A DNA stretch of 63,355 bases, filler included, from Phoronis australis (Eukaryota; Animalia; Phoronida), in assembly GCA_002633005.1 (NCBI GenBank). It is 4 parts of 4 records of this genome, joined end to end, with 100 filler letters (N's around TTAATTAATTAA, not from the genome) between each part and the next. Parts side by side here need not be neighbours in the genome. Positions count along the whole stretch, not along the records: positions 59,701 to 63,355 come from NMRA01002913.1; 3 more parts are not named here. One strand, 5' to 3'. A model generated the notes under the pieces. It had not been told where the DNA came from. It was given only the letters and a program-made list of their open reading frames with translations, and did not search any database. The translations under genes and the position numbers were made by a program. Every line of letters begins with the position of its first letter. Position 1 is the stretch's first letter. Shown here in pieces: positions 63,246 through 63,355 of the stretch.

Positions 63246-63355
63246 GGTTTGTTTCCATACGAAACATGTTCCTGGGATCGTGGTACATCCGTAACATCTG
63301 TAAGGTGTTTTCTGGATTCAAACAAGAGCATCTGCTGGACCTGTTGACTCGTGTT
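63246..63355 (+). CDS. Caspase exon (p10: GFVSIRNMFLGSWYIRNICKVFSGFKQEHLLDLLTRV), continues beyond window
   Basis: ggttttcAG acceptor, phase 1. Matches the p10 S.R...GSW.I..LC...HL.D.LT.V pattern. Not in the ORF track. Confidence 0.93.

Overview
AT-rich, intron-containing animal genomic DNA. A marine invertebrate is likely; a hemichordate/echinoderm/amphioxus-like source is only a guess from the repeat landscape. The window is a draft scaffold with one long N gap and three artificial N44-TTAATTAATTAA-N44 linkers. Most of the window is nested, decayed mobile DNA: CR1/L2-type and L1/Tx1 LINE fragments, a DIRS/Ngaro gag remnant, a hAT transposase remnant, a P2X7-ballast-like remnant, MULE-, Helentron- and MITE-type non-autonomous elements, and tRNA-derived SINE heads. 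Two host genes are supported by splice-site and frame analysis. (1) A + strand caspase has four confidently joined exons (59742-63355, running off the window) with intact SHG and QACRG, an IELD/S linker, an unusual SIR in place of SWR, and a candidate short-prodomain first exon at 55330. (2) The 5' end of a TATA-driven secreted-protein gene lies at 43220-44261; its mature-peptide exon was not found. The most striking structure is a repeat family present in three copies. One copy is split by a 4.7-kb insertion and another by a 769-bp insertion, each with a perfect 9-bp target-site duplication; this is consistent with AcademH-type DNA transposons (inference). Most ORFs in the supplied track are spurious.
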